Source: Candidatus Saccharimonadota bacterium
Lineage (GTDB): Bacteria > Patescibacteriota > Patescibacteriia > 2-12-FULL-60-25
Assembly: GCA_016699205.1 (NCBI GenBank)
Contig: CP064964.1
Coordinates: 150,001 to 182,000 of the forward strand
Length of the DNA: 32,000 nt
Direction: 5' to 3'
Shown here: positions 22,167 through 30,555 of the stretch, piece after piece
Layout of the letters: each line of letters begins with the position of its first letter
Position numbering within the stretch: position 1 is the first letter of the stretch
Made by a program: the position numbers and the translations under genes
The notes under the pieces: generated by a model
Database searches by the model: none
What the model saw: the letters and a program-made list of their open reading frames with translations, nothing else
What the model was told of the DNA's origin: nothing

Positions 22167-23435
22167 TTAACCGATTTTATCGAATCCAGTGAATGGCACC
22201 AATACCTCCGGAATCGTGATGGAGCCATCCTCGTTTTGATGGTTTTCAAGTACGGCGATGAGTGCGCGAGCTAATGAAATCGCGGTTCCGTTCAAGGTGT
22301 GAGCGTAGTCGAGCGTACCGTCTTTGCGGCGTAATCGAACGTTGAGACGGCGAGCTTGGTAGTCCGTACAGTTGGAAGTCGATGTAACTTCACCGTAACC
22401 ACCCTTCCCCTCTCCGCGGCCCCACATCCAGGCTTCAAGGTCGAACTTTCGATAAGCAGGGCCTCCGAGGTCGCCCGTGCAAATATCGACGACTTGATAT
22501 GGAATGCCGAGCTTTTGGAATAGACGCTCCTCCAGACGCCGTAATTCCGCGTGCACGGCTTCCGATTGCTCTGGAGCACAGAAGACGAATAACTCGACTT
22601 TGGAGAACTGGTGGACGCGGTAGAGGCCGTAGGACTCGCGGCCGTAGGCACCAGCCTCGGTGCGGTAGCAATGTGAGATCCCGGCGAATTTAATTGGGAG
22701 CGAAGCTTCATCCAGAATTTCGTCCTTATGATAGCCGCCGAGCGTAATCTCGGCTGTGCCAATCAACGAAAGGTCCGAGTTTTCAATCGAGTATATCTGC
22801 GCTTCCGGGCCGCGCGGATTAAAGCCAACGCCGACAAGTACATCGTCCTTGGCGAGATCCGGCGTGCTCATCGGCATGTATCCTTCCGCAGCCATTTCTC
22901 GAATGGCCCAAGTGATCATCGCCTGCTCAAGGATCGCAAGCTTGCCCTTTAAAAAATAAAATTTTGCACCAGTGGTTTTGGCAGCACGTTCAAAGTCGAT
23001 CAAGTCATGCATTTCAGCAAGCTCGACATGGGAACGCGGTTTCTCGAGTTTGCGGATTTCACCGACGGTATCGATCACTTTGTTGTCATCATCCGTTTTA
23101 CCGATAGGAGCGTCCGGATGCGTGATGTTTGGCAGCTTCAACGCCTCTTCTCGCCAAGCCTTCTCCACCATTTCCAAATCGGATTCTTTCGCAGAAACAT
23201 CTTCTTTGAGTTTTTTTCCGCGCTCGATCAAAGCAGGACGCGTATCCGGCGTTGCCGATTTCATCGCATCAGCCACTTCATTACGCTCTTTGCGCATCGC
23301 CTCGACCTCGCGCAATAAAACAAGACGGCCGGCGTCGAGCTCAAGCAGAGCATCGAGGTCTACGGAAACGCCGCGATTGGCAATATTTTGACGGACCGCG
23401 TCGATATTCTCGCGGACAAAGCGTATGTCGAGCAT
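22167..23435 (-). CDS. serS: Seryl-tRNA synthetase
   Basis: N-terminus MLDIRFVRENIDAVRQN, a coiled-coil arm and a class II catalytic core. ATG 23435 lies 1 nt after the lysS stop; the TTG at 23453 was rejected. Confidence 0.95.
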   Translation of the reverse strand: MLDIRFVRENIDAVRQNIANRGVSVDLDALLELDAGRLVLLREVEAMRKERNEVADAMKSATPDTRPALIERGKKLKEDVSAKESDLEMVEKAWREEALKLPNITHPDAPIGKTDDDNKVIDTVGEIRKLEKPRSHVELAEMHDLIDFERAAKTTGAKFYFLKGKLAILEQAMITWAIREMAAEGYMPMSTPDLAKDDVLVGVGFNPRGPEAQIYSIENSDLSLIGTAEITLGGYHKDEILDEASLPIKFAGISHCYRTEAGAYGRESYGLYRVHQFSKVELFVFCAPEQSEAVHAELRRLEERLFQKLGIPYQVVDICTGDLGGPAYRKFDLEAWMWGRGEGKGGYGEVTSTSNCTDYQARRLNVRLRRKDGTLDYAHTLNGTAISLARALIAVLENHQNEDGSITIPEVLVPFTGFDKIG

Positions 23436-23436
23436 A

Positions 23437-24975
23437 TTATTCTTCGTTATCAATCTTTACTTTGGGTTTCTGCAGCTCAGCTCCAATCTTCAGACTTGGT
23501 GCTGAAACTTGCGTCACAGGTCTGAGTGTTGGGAATAAAATCACTTCTTTGAGCGATGGAGCTCCGGTCAAAATCGCGACGAGACGATCGATACCCATGC
23601 CCATACCAGAAGTTGGCGGCATGCCGTGTTCAAGAGCCGTCAAAAACTCTTCATCCTTAGGCTGAGCTTCCTCGCTCCCCTCCTCAGAAAGTTTTTGCTG
23701 CTCGTCGAAGCGTGAGCGCTGGTCAATTGGATCATTCAGCTCGTAATAGTAAGCGTTGATGATTTCTGCGCCGTCGACGACGAGCTGAGCTGTTGCGCTC
23801 TTATCCGGATCTTCCGGACTACGGCCTGCAAGCGGCTTCATCGCTACCGGATACTCCAATACCCAAACCGGACCAGCGAGTTTGGCACGTGCGGTTTTCT
23901 TGTAGAGTTCGTCCAAGTGCTCACCCATGCCGACCAAGCCCTTGAAATCGACTTTGACTTTGGCCGCCTTCACTGCGGCCTTGAGAGCCGGAATATCTTT
24001 AATCTCATCGATATCAATGGATGTGGCTTGTTTGATCGCTTCACGGAAGGTGACGCGTGGCCATGGGCCGGTGAAATCGAGATCTCCGCTTTCACGCTTG
24101 ATGATCGTCGATCCGAAGGCTCCTTTGAGCATGGCCGCTACCATCGACTCGATAAAGGTGATGAAAGGTTCTTTGCCAGCATAAGCCCAGTAGAGCTCGA
24201 TCTGCGTGAATTCTGGATTGTGGCTATGGTCGATGCCTTCATTACGGAAGCAGCGCGCGATTTCATACACCTTCTCCATTCCGCCGATGACGAGCCGCTT
24301 CAAGAAAAGTTCCGGAGCGATACGGAGATAAAGATCGATGCCGAGCGCATTATGATGCGTGGTGAATGGTCGAGCTGCGGCGCCGCCTGCCAACGCTTGG
24401 AGAACAGGCGTCTCGACTTCAAGAAAACCGCTCTCGTCGAGGAAGGAGCGCATGGATGAAACGAGGCGCGAGCGGATGACAAAACGCTGACGTACATCCG
24501 GATTAGAGATGAGGTCGAGTTCACGCTGGCGGAAACGGATCTCTACATCGGACAAGCCATGCCATTTCTCAGGCAATGGAAGAAGCGCTTTAGACAAGAT
24601 GCGCCAGTCTGCAATCAGCAACGACTTTTCACCTCGCTTGGTTAGAAAGGCTGCGCCGTGAGCTTCTACAAAATCTCCCGGGTCGATGCTGTCACGAAAA
24701 AGATTGAAAGCCTCGTTTAACGAGTCTTCTTTAAAGACAAGCTGGAGCTGGCCGCTTTCATCGCGGATATCCGCAAACATCATGCCGCCGTGAACACGGA
24801 TCGTCATGATGCGTCCGGCGAGAACGACTGGTTCTGCGGATTTTACGAATGTCTCAAAATCCGAGAGCAGCTCCCCTACTTCATGGGTGCGCTCTGCGGT
24901 CTTTGGATATGGATCCATCCCCGCTTGGCGGAGGGCCTCCAGCTTTGTGAGACGTACATCTCGTTCCTCTGGCAT
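23437..24975 (-). CDS. lysS: Lysyl-tRNA synthetase, class II
   Basis: N-terminal OB-fold anticodon-binding domain plus a class II core, with motif-3-like GMGIDRLVAILTG. Confidence 0.95.
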   Translation of the reverse strand: MPEERDVRLTKLEALRQAGMDPYPKTAERTHEVGELLSDFETFVKSAEPVVLAGRIMTIRVHGGMMFADIRDESGQLQLVFKEDSLNEAFNLFRDSIDPGDFVEAHGAAFLTKRGEKSLLIADWRILSKALLPLPEKWHGLSDVEIRFRQRELDLISNPDVRQRFVIRSRLVSSMRSFLDESGFLEVETPVLQALAGGAAARPFTTHHNALGIDLYLRIAPELFLKRLVIGGMEKVYEIARCFRNEGIDHSHNPEFTQIELYWAYAGKEPFITFIESMVAAMLKGAFGSTIIKRESGDLDFTGPWPRVTFREAIKQATSIDIDEIKDIPALKAAVKAAKVKVDFKGLVGMGEHLDELYKKTARAKLAGPVWVLEYPVAMKPLAGRSPEDPDKSATAQLVVDGAEIINAYYYELNDPIDQRSRFDEQQKLSEEGSEEAQPKDEEFLTALEHGMPPTSGMGMGIDRLVAILTGAPSLKEVILFPTLRPVTQVSAPSLKIGAELQKPKVKIDNEE

Positions 24976-24987
24976 ACGGCCAAGAGT

Positions 24988-25446
24988 TTAACCGATGTGC
25001 TTGACCTCGTACACCGTCGTTCCGGCCGGGGTCTCAACTTCCACCTGATCGCCGACCTTGGAACCAAGCAGCGAGCGGCCGATCGGCGACTCGTTAGAGA
25101 TCTTACCTGTGAGCGGATCTGCCTCGTTGGAACCGACAATCGTAAAGTTTTTTTCTTTGCCGTTCACTGAAACAGTCACGGTTGATCCGACGCGAACATT
25201 ACTCGCATTCGCTTCCTGCTCGACGACGATAGCGTTCTTGAGCAAGTCCTCGATTTCCAAAATGCGTCCCTCGACAAAACCGAGAGCATCTTTTGCCTCG
25301 TGGTATTCTGCGTTTTCTGAAAGATCACCAAGGGATTTGGCAGCTTCAATGCGGTTGGCGAGCTCGCGGCGCTTAACCGTTTTGAGGTCTTTCAACTCGG
25401 CATTGAGCTTGGTCAGAAACTCGGGTGAGACGTATTGGGCAGACAT
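24988..25446 (-). CDS. greA: Transcription elongation factor GreA
   Basis: Coiled-coil tip GDLSENAEYHEAKD plus a C-terminal FKBP-like domain; 152 aa. Confidence 0.95.
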   Translation of the reverse strand: MSAQYVSPEFLTKLNAELKDLKTVKRRELANRIEAAKSLGDLSENAEYHEAKDALGFVEGRILEIEDLLKNAIVVEQEANASNVRVGSTVTVSVNGKEKNFTIVGSNEADPLTGKISNESPIGRSLLGSKVGDQVEVETPAGTTVYEVKHIG

Positions 25447-25457
25447 AGTCTTTCGTT

Positions 25458-25463
25458 ATTCTA
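25458..25463 (-). promoter_or_regulatory. Putative -10 box TAGAAT for greA
   Basis: TAGAAT on the minus strand, 11 nt upstream of the greA ATG, just downstream of the mrdA terminator. No good -35 was seen. Confidence 0.35.
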
Positions 25464-25475
25464 AGATGTGGGAGA

Positions 25476-25506
25476 ATGAAAAGCGGGTCCGCCGCAGCGG
25501 ACACGC
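25476..25506 (-). terminator. Intrinsic terminator after mrdA
   Basis: Minus strand reads GCGtGTCCGC tgcg GCGGACcCGC followed by TTTTCATTC. Confidence 0.6.
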
Positions 25507-25552
25507 CAATTTATTTGAGCGTACCTGAGGACACTTCTAGCTGTCAATCTCC

Positions 25553-27433
25553 TTAGAAGGCTCCTCCCCGACTACGTCTAAGGTCCCACCAAGCCTGGAG
25601 AATCTTCTTAGCGACCGGGACAGAGACTGCAGAACCTTCACCACCTTCCTCCAGCAGCACCGTTACGACAATCTCCGGATTTTCCGATGGCGCGTAAGAG
25701 GTAAACCAGGCATGGAAGTTCTTTTCCGAGTGCCACTGGGCCGTACCCGTTTTTCCGGAAACAGGAACCGGCATGTCTGCTAAAGCGCGACCGGAGCCAT
25801 AGGTCACATTCTCGCGCATGCCTTGCTGGACAACAGTAACAATATCCGCGTCAGCCAAACGATCTCCGGTTAGCGTCGAGGTCGGAGCGGCGTTTGGGAA
25901 CTCGAGGCGAGGCGTGACTTTAAATCCGCCATTCGCTATCGCTGATGTATAGGCAGCCACTTGAACCGGCGTAACAAGCAAATCACCTTGTCCGATCGAT
26001 AGGTTGTAGGTATCTCCTACGAACCAACGTTCGCCTTTGGTTTCTTCTTTCCATTTCTGACTTGGAACAAAACCACTTCCCTCCCCAGGCAAGTCGATAC
26101 CGGTTTTGGAGCCGAGGCCGAAGCGTCGATACCAATCCGTTAAACGATCGACGCCGAGACCGACGAGCGACTCATATCCCCCGCCGACCGTGTAGAAAAA
26201 CGTGTTGACCGACCAGGCGATGGCGCCACGAACATTCACAGAGCCATGACCGCCCGCTTTCCAGTCAGGAAAAAACCAAGGCCCAACACGGATACCACCA
26301 GAAGAAAAGATCGTTGTCGCCGGAGTAATGACACGCTCTGCGAGCGCAGCTGCCGCGACGACAATTTTTACGGTCGATCCAGATGGATAGGTACCTGCCC
26401 ATGCGCGCGGAAAAAGCGGCTGATCCGGATTCTCAATCAATGCCTTATAGGCCGTTGATGATACTCCTCCAGAAAAATGGTTGTCGTCATATGATGGCCA
26501 TGAGACGAGAGCAAGGATGGAACCATCGCGAGGATCCATTGCTACCACAGCGCCTTTTGTTACTTTAGCGCTTGTCAGGGCATCACGAAGCGCCCGCTCT
26601 GAAGCACGCTGAAGATCGAGATCGAGTGAGAGACGGACATCCGTGCCATCGACAGGAGGATGTTCACCGACAAGCGCCTTGATGCGGCCGCGGGCATCGA
26701 CCTCGCTGGTTCGGGATCCCTTTTGTCCACGCAAAAGACTTTCATAAGAACGCTCCAGTCCGGTTTTTCCGATTTCATCGGCTCGCACATAACCGTTGCC
26801 ACGATTGGCTGCGAGCTCATCTTGTGAGAGCTTTCCGACATAGCCAAGGACATGAGAGAGACTTTGGATTTCTCCGGAAAATGGATAACGGCGGCGGGCG
26901 GCGACTTGCAGATCAAAACCGGGAAGCTCAGGGAGAGCGATCGCAAAAGCCATTGCCTGTTCATAGGAAACGTTTTCTGAGATGGCGTATGTTTCATCAC
27001 GCGCGGTAGAGGTTGCGGCTGCGAGCGATTGCAGATCAACAATCGAAAGACCAAGAATACGCGCTGCACGACCGAGGGCGGAATCCATTTCTTCTTGCGC
27101 ACGCGGGAGCTCCAACGGTGTCAGCGTCACTTGGAAACGCGGAATATTATCGGCGAGAATACGGCCTTGGCGATCGCGGATGATGCCGCGGCGAGGTAAG
27201 ATCGACTGTTCACGCAATCGGTTAGCTTCTGCTTTGCTGCGATATTCTGCGCCTTGAACAACCTGCATCCAGCTAGCGCGGAAACCGAGTCCGGCCAGGA
27301 CCAGGATCGGAATACAAGCGGCAACAAAGAAACGGCGACGATGAAACACCCGGCCAACAAAAAGAGACTGACCGCGCACGGTCGTTGTTGATTCTTCAAA
27401 CAGCACCTCATGCTGAAAATCTCTTCCACGCAT
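25553..27433 (-). CDS. mrdA: Penicillin-binding protein 2 (elongation-specific transpeptidase)
   Basis: N-terminal TM. Transpeptidase motifs: STVK (SxxK), SVN (SxN), KTGTA (KTG). It lies directly downstream of mreBCD. Confidence 0.9.
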   Translation of the reverse strand: MRGRDFQHEVLFEESTTTVRGQSLFVGRVFHRRRFFVAACIPILVLAGLGFRASWMQVVQGAEYRSKAEANRLREQSILPRRGIIRDRQGRILADNIPRFQVTLTPLELPRAQEEMDSALGRAARILGLSIVDLQSLAAATSTARDETYAISENVSYEQAMAFAIALPELPGFDLQVAARRRYPFSGEIQSLSHVLGYVGKLSQDELAANRGNGYVRADEIGKTGLERSYESLLRGQKGSRTSEVDARGRIKALVGEHPPVDGTDVRLSLDLDLQRASERALRDALTSAKVTKGAVVAMDPRDGSILALVSWPSYDDNHFSGGVSSTAYKALIENPDQPLFPRAWAGTYPSGSTVKIVVAAAALAERVITPATTIFSSGGIRVGPWFFPDWKAGGHGSVNVRGAIAWSVNTFFYTVGGGYESLVGLGVDRLTDWYRRFGLGSKTGIDLPGEGSGFVPSQKWKEETKGERWFVGDTYNLSIGQGDLLVTPVQVAAYTSAIANGGFKVTPRLEFPNAAPTSTLTGDRLADADIVTVVQQGMRENVTYGSGRALADMPVPVSGKTGTAQWHSEKNFHAWFTSYAPSENPEIVVTVLLEEGGEGSAVSVPVAKKILQAWWDLRRSRGGAF

Positions 27434-27434
27434 A

Positions 27435-27956
27435 TTAAAATGTTGTCTCCCGCTGGCCGAGCGTCACGAATCGCCTCGTGAAGGAGGCGATGAGCAAGAA
27501 ACCCATGCCTACGCTTATAGCATCCCAGACAAGAATCCACCATGGCTCAATCGGTAAATGCCATGGATAGCGCGATGGATCGAGCCAACTACCAACAGCA
27601 GACAGCATGAATGATCCCAGCCATTCCAACAGACGGCCTAGTAAGACAAGGGCAACCGATGCGTAAACCGAGCGATTCGTTAGAAAGCGATGCGAAGCGG
27701 CATCAAGGATCAAGAGAACCATGGATAAGCGTAGCGTTGCTACATCGAGATGAGCCCAGCCATAGGCGTCGAGGACGGAAGCTCCGGCGATCAGGGCAGC
27801 AAATGCTCGGCCACGCGCGCTCGAAACAAGAAGGAGCACCGCTAAAGGCAATAACGGATGAAAAGCAAATTCAGGCGGCAAGAATGGCAAAACAGCAACT
27901 TCCCAGAGACCGGCCAAAAGGCCGACAATGATCACGATCGACCAGCGCCAGATCAT
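27435..27956 (-). CDS. mreD: Rod shape-determining protein MreD
   Basis: 173-aa polytopic membrane protein between mreC and mrdA. Its start overlaps the mreC stop by 4 nt. Confidence 0.8.
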   Translation of the reverse strand: MIWRWSIVIIVGLLAGLWEVAVLPFLPPEFAFHPLLPLAVLLLVSSARGRAFAALIAGASVLDAYGWAHLDVATLRLSMVLLILDAASHRFLTNRSVYASVALVLLGRLLEWLGSFMLSAVGSWLDPSRYPWHLPIEPWWILVWDAISVGMGFLLIASFTRRFVTLGQRETTF

Positions 27957-28738
27957 AGGCGTGGGCGCAGCGCTGTTGGGCGCAACACGGAAACAAAGAC
28001 GACGCGGTCGAGGGAAATGATCGGCTCGATCGTTGCGTTCATAAACGGATCCGTTGGTTTACCTTCAACGGTATTCACGACGCCGATCGGAAGATTACCC
28101 GGAACCTTATCTTCCGTTCCTGCTGTGACAATCAGCTGATCGGCGACGAGTGACTCGGATGACGGGATGTAGGTCAATACTCCAGCTCCATTTCCCCGCC
28201 CCTCAATAATACCGGCCAACTGTCCATCGGTTTGTAGCGATGCTGCTACGCGGCTTCTTGGATCTGTGACGAGCTCGACGGTTGCGACGCGGTCCAGAAT
28301 CTGGCTGATCTTGCCGATGAAGACGCCCTGATCCGTAATAACGGCTTGGCCGATTTCCAATGAATCATCCCCGCCGCGATCGATCGTTAATAGCGCGCGC
28401 TTTCCGCTGACATCACGGCCAATAACACGGGCGCCGACACTGTCGTAGCCGGATCGATCAAGAAAGCGGGCTTGTGCGCGCAATGTTTGGTTTTCTTCTT
28501 CCAATGCTTTCAGGCGCACATAATCGACAGCGAGCGTTGAAACACGGGCTTCCAATTCTTTGATACGGGAGTCGACATTGTCTGTTGCAGAGCTCGACCA
28601 GCCGCTCACAAGGCGGATCACGGGCAAACTTCCAAAGCGCGAGAGCTCGCCGATGGGACGGAATAAACCGGCCAACGCTAAAACCGCCACCACCACGACG
28701 GCGGCAAGAAGCCAGAGCCATCGCAAAGAACTGTTCAT
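27953..28738 (-). CDS. mreC: Rod shape-determining protein MreC
   Basis: TM anchor and coiled coil (RLKALEEENQTLRAQARF), then beta-barrel domains (DQGVFIGKISQ..., LIVTAGTEDKVPGNLPIG). Confidence 0.9.
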   Translation of the reverse strand: MNSSLRWLWLLAAVVVVAVLALAGLFRPIGELSRFGSLPVIRLVSGWSSSATDNVDSRIKELEARVSTLAVDYVRLKALEEENQTLRAQARFLDRSGYDSVGARVIGRDVSGKRALLTIDRGGDDSLEIGQAVITDQGVFIGKISQILDRVATVELVTDPRSRVAASLQTDGQLAGIIEGRGNGAGVLTYIPSSESLVADQLIVTAGTEDKVPGNLPIGVVNTVEGKPTDPFMNATIEPIISLDRVVFVSVLRPTALRPRL

Positions 28739-28742
28739 GTCA

Positions 28743-29798
28743 TTAAATCGACTTTACGAGATCGGTGGCCGGGATGGCAACTTCTGCAAGCAGCGCACGG
28801 TTATCGATTAGGTGCGCCGTCCCGCGCACAACGCAATGCAGACAGTCATCGGCGACACGCACAGGCAAACCGGTACCGCGCGATAGAGCCTGATCCAATC
28901 CTCGGAGCAATGCTCCCCCGCCCGTGATCACAATGCCTCGCTGCTGAATGTCAGCGACGAGTTCCGGAGGCGTAATTTCCAAAATTGCTTTCGTTTGATC
29001 GATGATCGACTTAATGGAACGGCCAAGCGCTTCACGAATCTGGGCATCGTTGACCGAGATTTCGCGCGGAAGACCGGAGAGAAGATCGCGTCCGCGCATG
29101 GTTGCTTCCAAAGGTTCTGGCAGCTCGACAGCGGAACCGATGGCGACTTTGATTTGTTCTGCAACGCGCTCGCCTAGAAGAATGTTAAAAACGTCGCGAG
29201 CGTATTGGATAATATTTTTGTTCAATTCATCTCCAGCGATAGGAATGCTCTTGGAAGTGACAACGCCATTCAAAGAGATGACAGCGATTTCCGTGGAGCC
29301 GGCACCGAGGTTGATGATCATGTTGCCAAACGGCTCCCCGATCGCGAGACCGGCGCCAATGGCGGCAGCGATCGGTTCTTCAACGACAAGCACCTCACGT
29401 GCTCCGGCGGCGGTTGCCGCATCGCCGACAGCTTTGCGTTCTACTTCCGTTACATCGAGCGGTACGCAGATTACGACCGAAGGACGAGGAATCGCAAAAG
29501 CCTTGTCTTCGTGAACTTTTTCAAAAAAGTAACGCAGCATTTTTTCCGTGACTTCAAAGTCGGCGATGATACCGCGCTGAAGCGGACGCGTAACCTGAAT
29601 ATGCGCCGGTGTCTTTCCAACCATCGAGAGTGCATCCTCCCCGACCGCCATCACCTGATTGGTGCGGCGGTTAATAGCTACAACAGACGGTTCATTAATG
29701 ACGACCCCGCGGCCTTTTACGAAAACGCGGGTATTTGCCGTGCCCAAGTCAATTCCCAACTGCTTGGTCAGCCGGCCAAAGATCGAAGGCCACTTCAT
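28743..29798 (-). CDS. mreB: Rod shape-determining actin homologue MreB
   Basis: GIDLGTANTRVF phosphate-1 motif and IVITGGGALLRGL. TAGGAT lies 9 nt upstream of the ATG. Confidence 0.95.
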   Translation of the reverse strand: MKWPSIFGRLTKQLGIDLGTANTRVFVKGRGVVINEPSVVAINRRTNQVMAVGEDALSMVGKTPAHIQVTRPLQRGIIADFEVTEKMLRYFFEKVHEDKAFAIPRPSVVICVPLDVTEVERKAVGDAATAAGAREVLVVEEPIAAAIGAGLAIGEPFGNMIINLGAGSTEIAVISLNGVVTSKSIPIAGDELNKNIIQYARDVFNILLGERVAEQIKVAIGSAVELPEPLEATMRGRDLLSGLPREISVNDAQIREALGRSIKSIIDQTKAILEITPPELVADIQQRGIVITGGGALLRGLDQALSRGTGLPVRVADDCLHCVVRGTAHLIDNRALLAEVAIPATDLVKSI

Positions 29799-29850
29799 AG
29801 TGGGCCTATCCTACCGTCCGGCTACCGAGTTTGCCACGCCCGTCAAGAGC

Positions 29851-30240
29851 TCAACCGCGCCTACTTTCCTGAATCGTTAAAAAGACGTATTCCAGAGTGC
29901 CTACGGCCGCCAATAAAAGCAGAAAATTCCACCAGGCGAGATAACCTAGCGATGACAGGATCAAGGCGGCTACGGCAACACCTGCGAGCAGCAACCCATG
30001 ACGAAACGCGATTCGAACTTCGCGATAAGCCGTTTGCTTTCTCCCCCGGACATGGACTCGAAAAATGATTCCGCCAAAGCTTATGAGTCCCACGAGCGAG
30101 GCGTATAAGGCGATATAAAAGGCTGTGAGGCCCATGAGCCCTGCTTCATCAGGATTCACATTCACGATGACATAGACAAGCAAGGCGCAGGCCACAAGGG
30201 CCACGGCTGCCATGAGTCCAAGAAAAGACCGATATCCCAT
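29851..30240 (-). CDS. Hypothetical 4-TM membrane protein (129 aa)
   Basis: Four hydrophobic helices, in-line in the operon. No family recognised. Confidence 0.6.
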   Translation of the reverse strand: MGYRSFLGLMAAVALVACALLVYVIVNVNPDEAGLMGLTAFYIALYASLVGLISFGGIIFRVHVRGRKQTAYREVRIAFRHGLLLAGVAVAALILSSLGYLAWWNFLLLLAAVGTLEYVFLTIQESRRG

Positions 30241-30254
30241 GGCAATAGGATACG

Positions 30255-30554
30255 TCAGCCGTGCATGATTCTCAATGTGTGTACGATTTTCCCTCCCAGT
30301 TGGCGATTAATTTCATTGCGCAGACGGACATCCCACATGCGAAGCTCTTGAACAGCTGCCGGTACATGCGATAAGAGGCGCAACTCCCCTCCGGCAAAAG
30401 AGACGGCGTCGACATGCGAAGCTTTTTCCTCGTCCCAAAGTCTTGCGAGACATTCTTTGGAGATCTCCAAAACGCGCGTCGCCTCAACTTGGCGCGAGAT
30501 TCCGGCTTTTTGCACGGCTCCGGGGAGAATACGGCGGATGGGTTGGAATGCCAT
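30255..30554 (-). CDS. DUF721 / DciA-like protein
   Basis: Start at MAFQPIRRILPGAV (ATG 30554, 1 nt after the upstream stop). DUF721-like pattern: A..V.....W......A.HV..VSF..GEL.L....PAA.QEL. The family call is tentative. Confidence 0.5.
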   Translation of the reverse strand: MAFQPIRRILPGAVQKAGISRQVEATRVLEISKECLARLWDEEKASHVDAVSFAGGELRLLSHVPAAVQELRMWDVRLRNEINRQLGGKIVHTLRIMHG

Positions 30555-30555
30555 A

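Noticed and set aside
23436-23453. Upstream TTG start for serS (MITKNN extension)
   Set aside because: SerRS proteins typically begin MLDI/MLD..., matching ATG 23435. The TTG start would overlap the lysS 3' end by 17 nt without need.
29205-30068. 287-aa plus-strand ORF across mreB
   Set aside because: It is antisense to mreB, whose actin-fold motifs are unambiguous. It is a shadow ORF.
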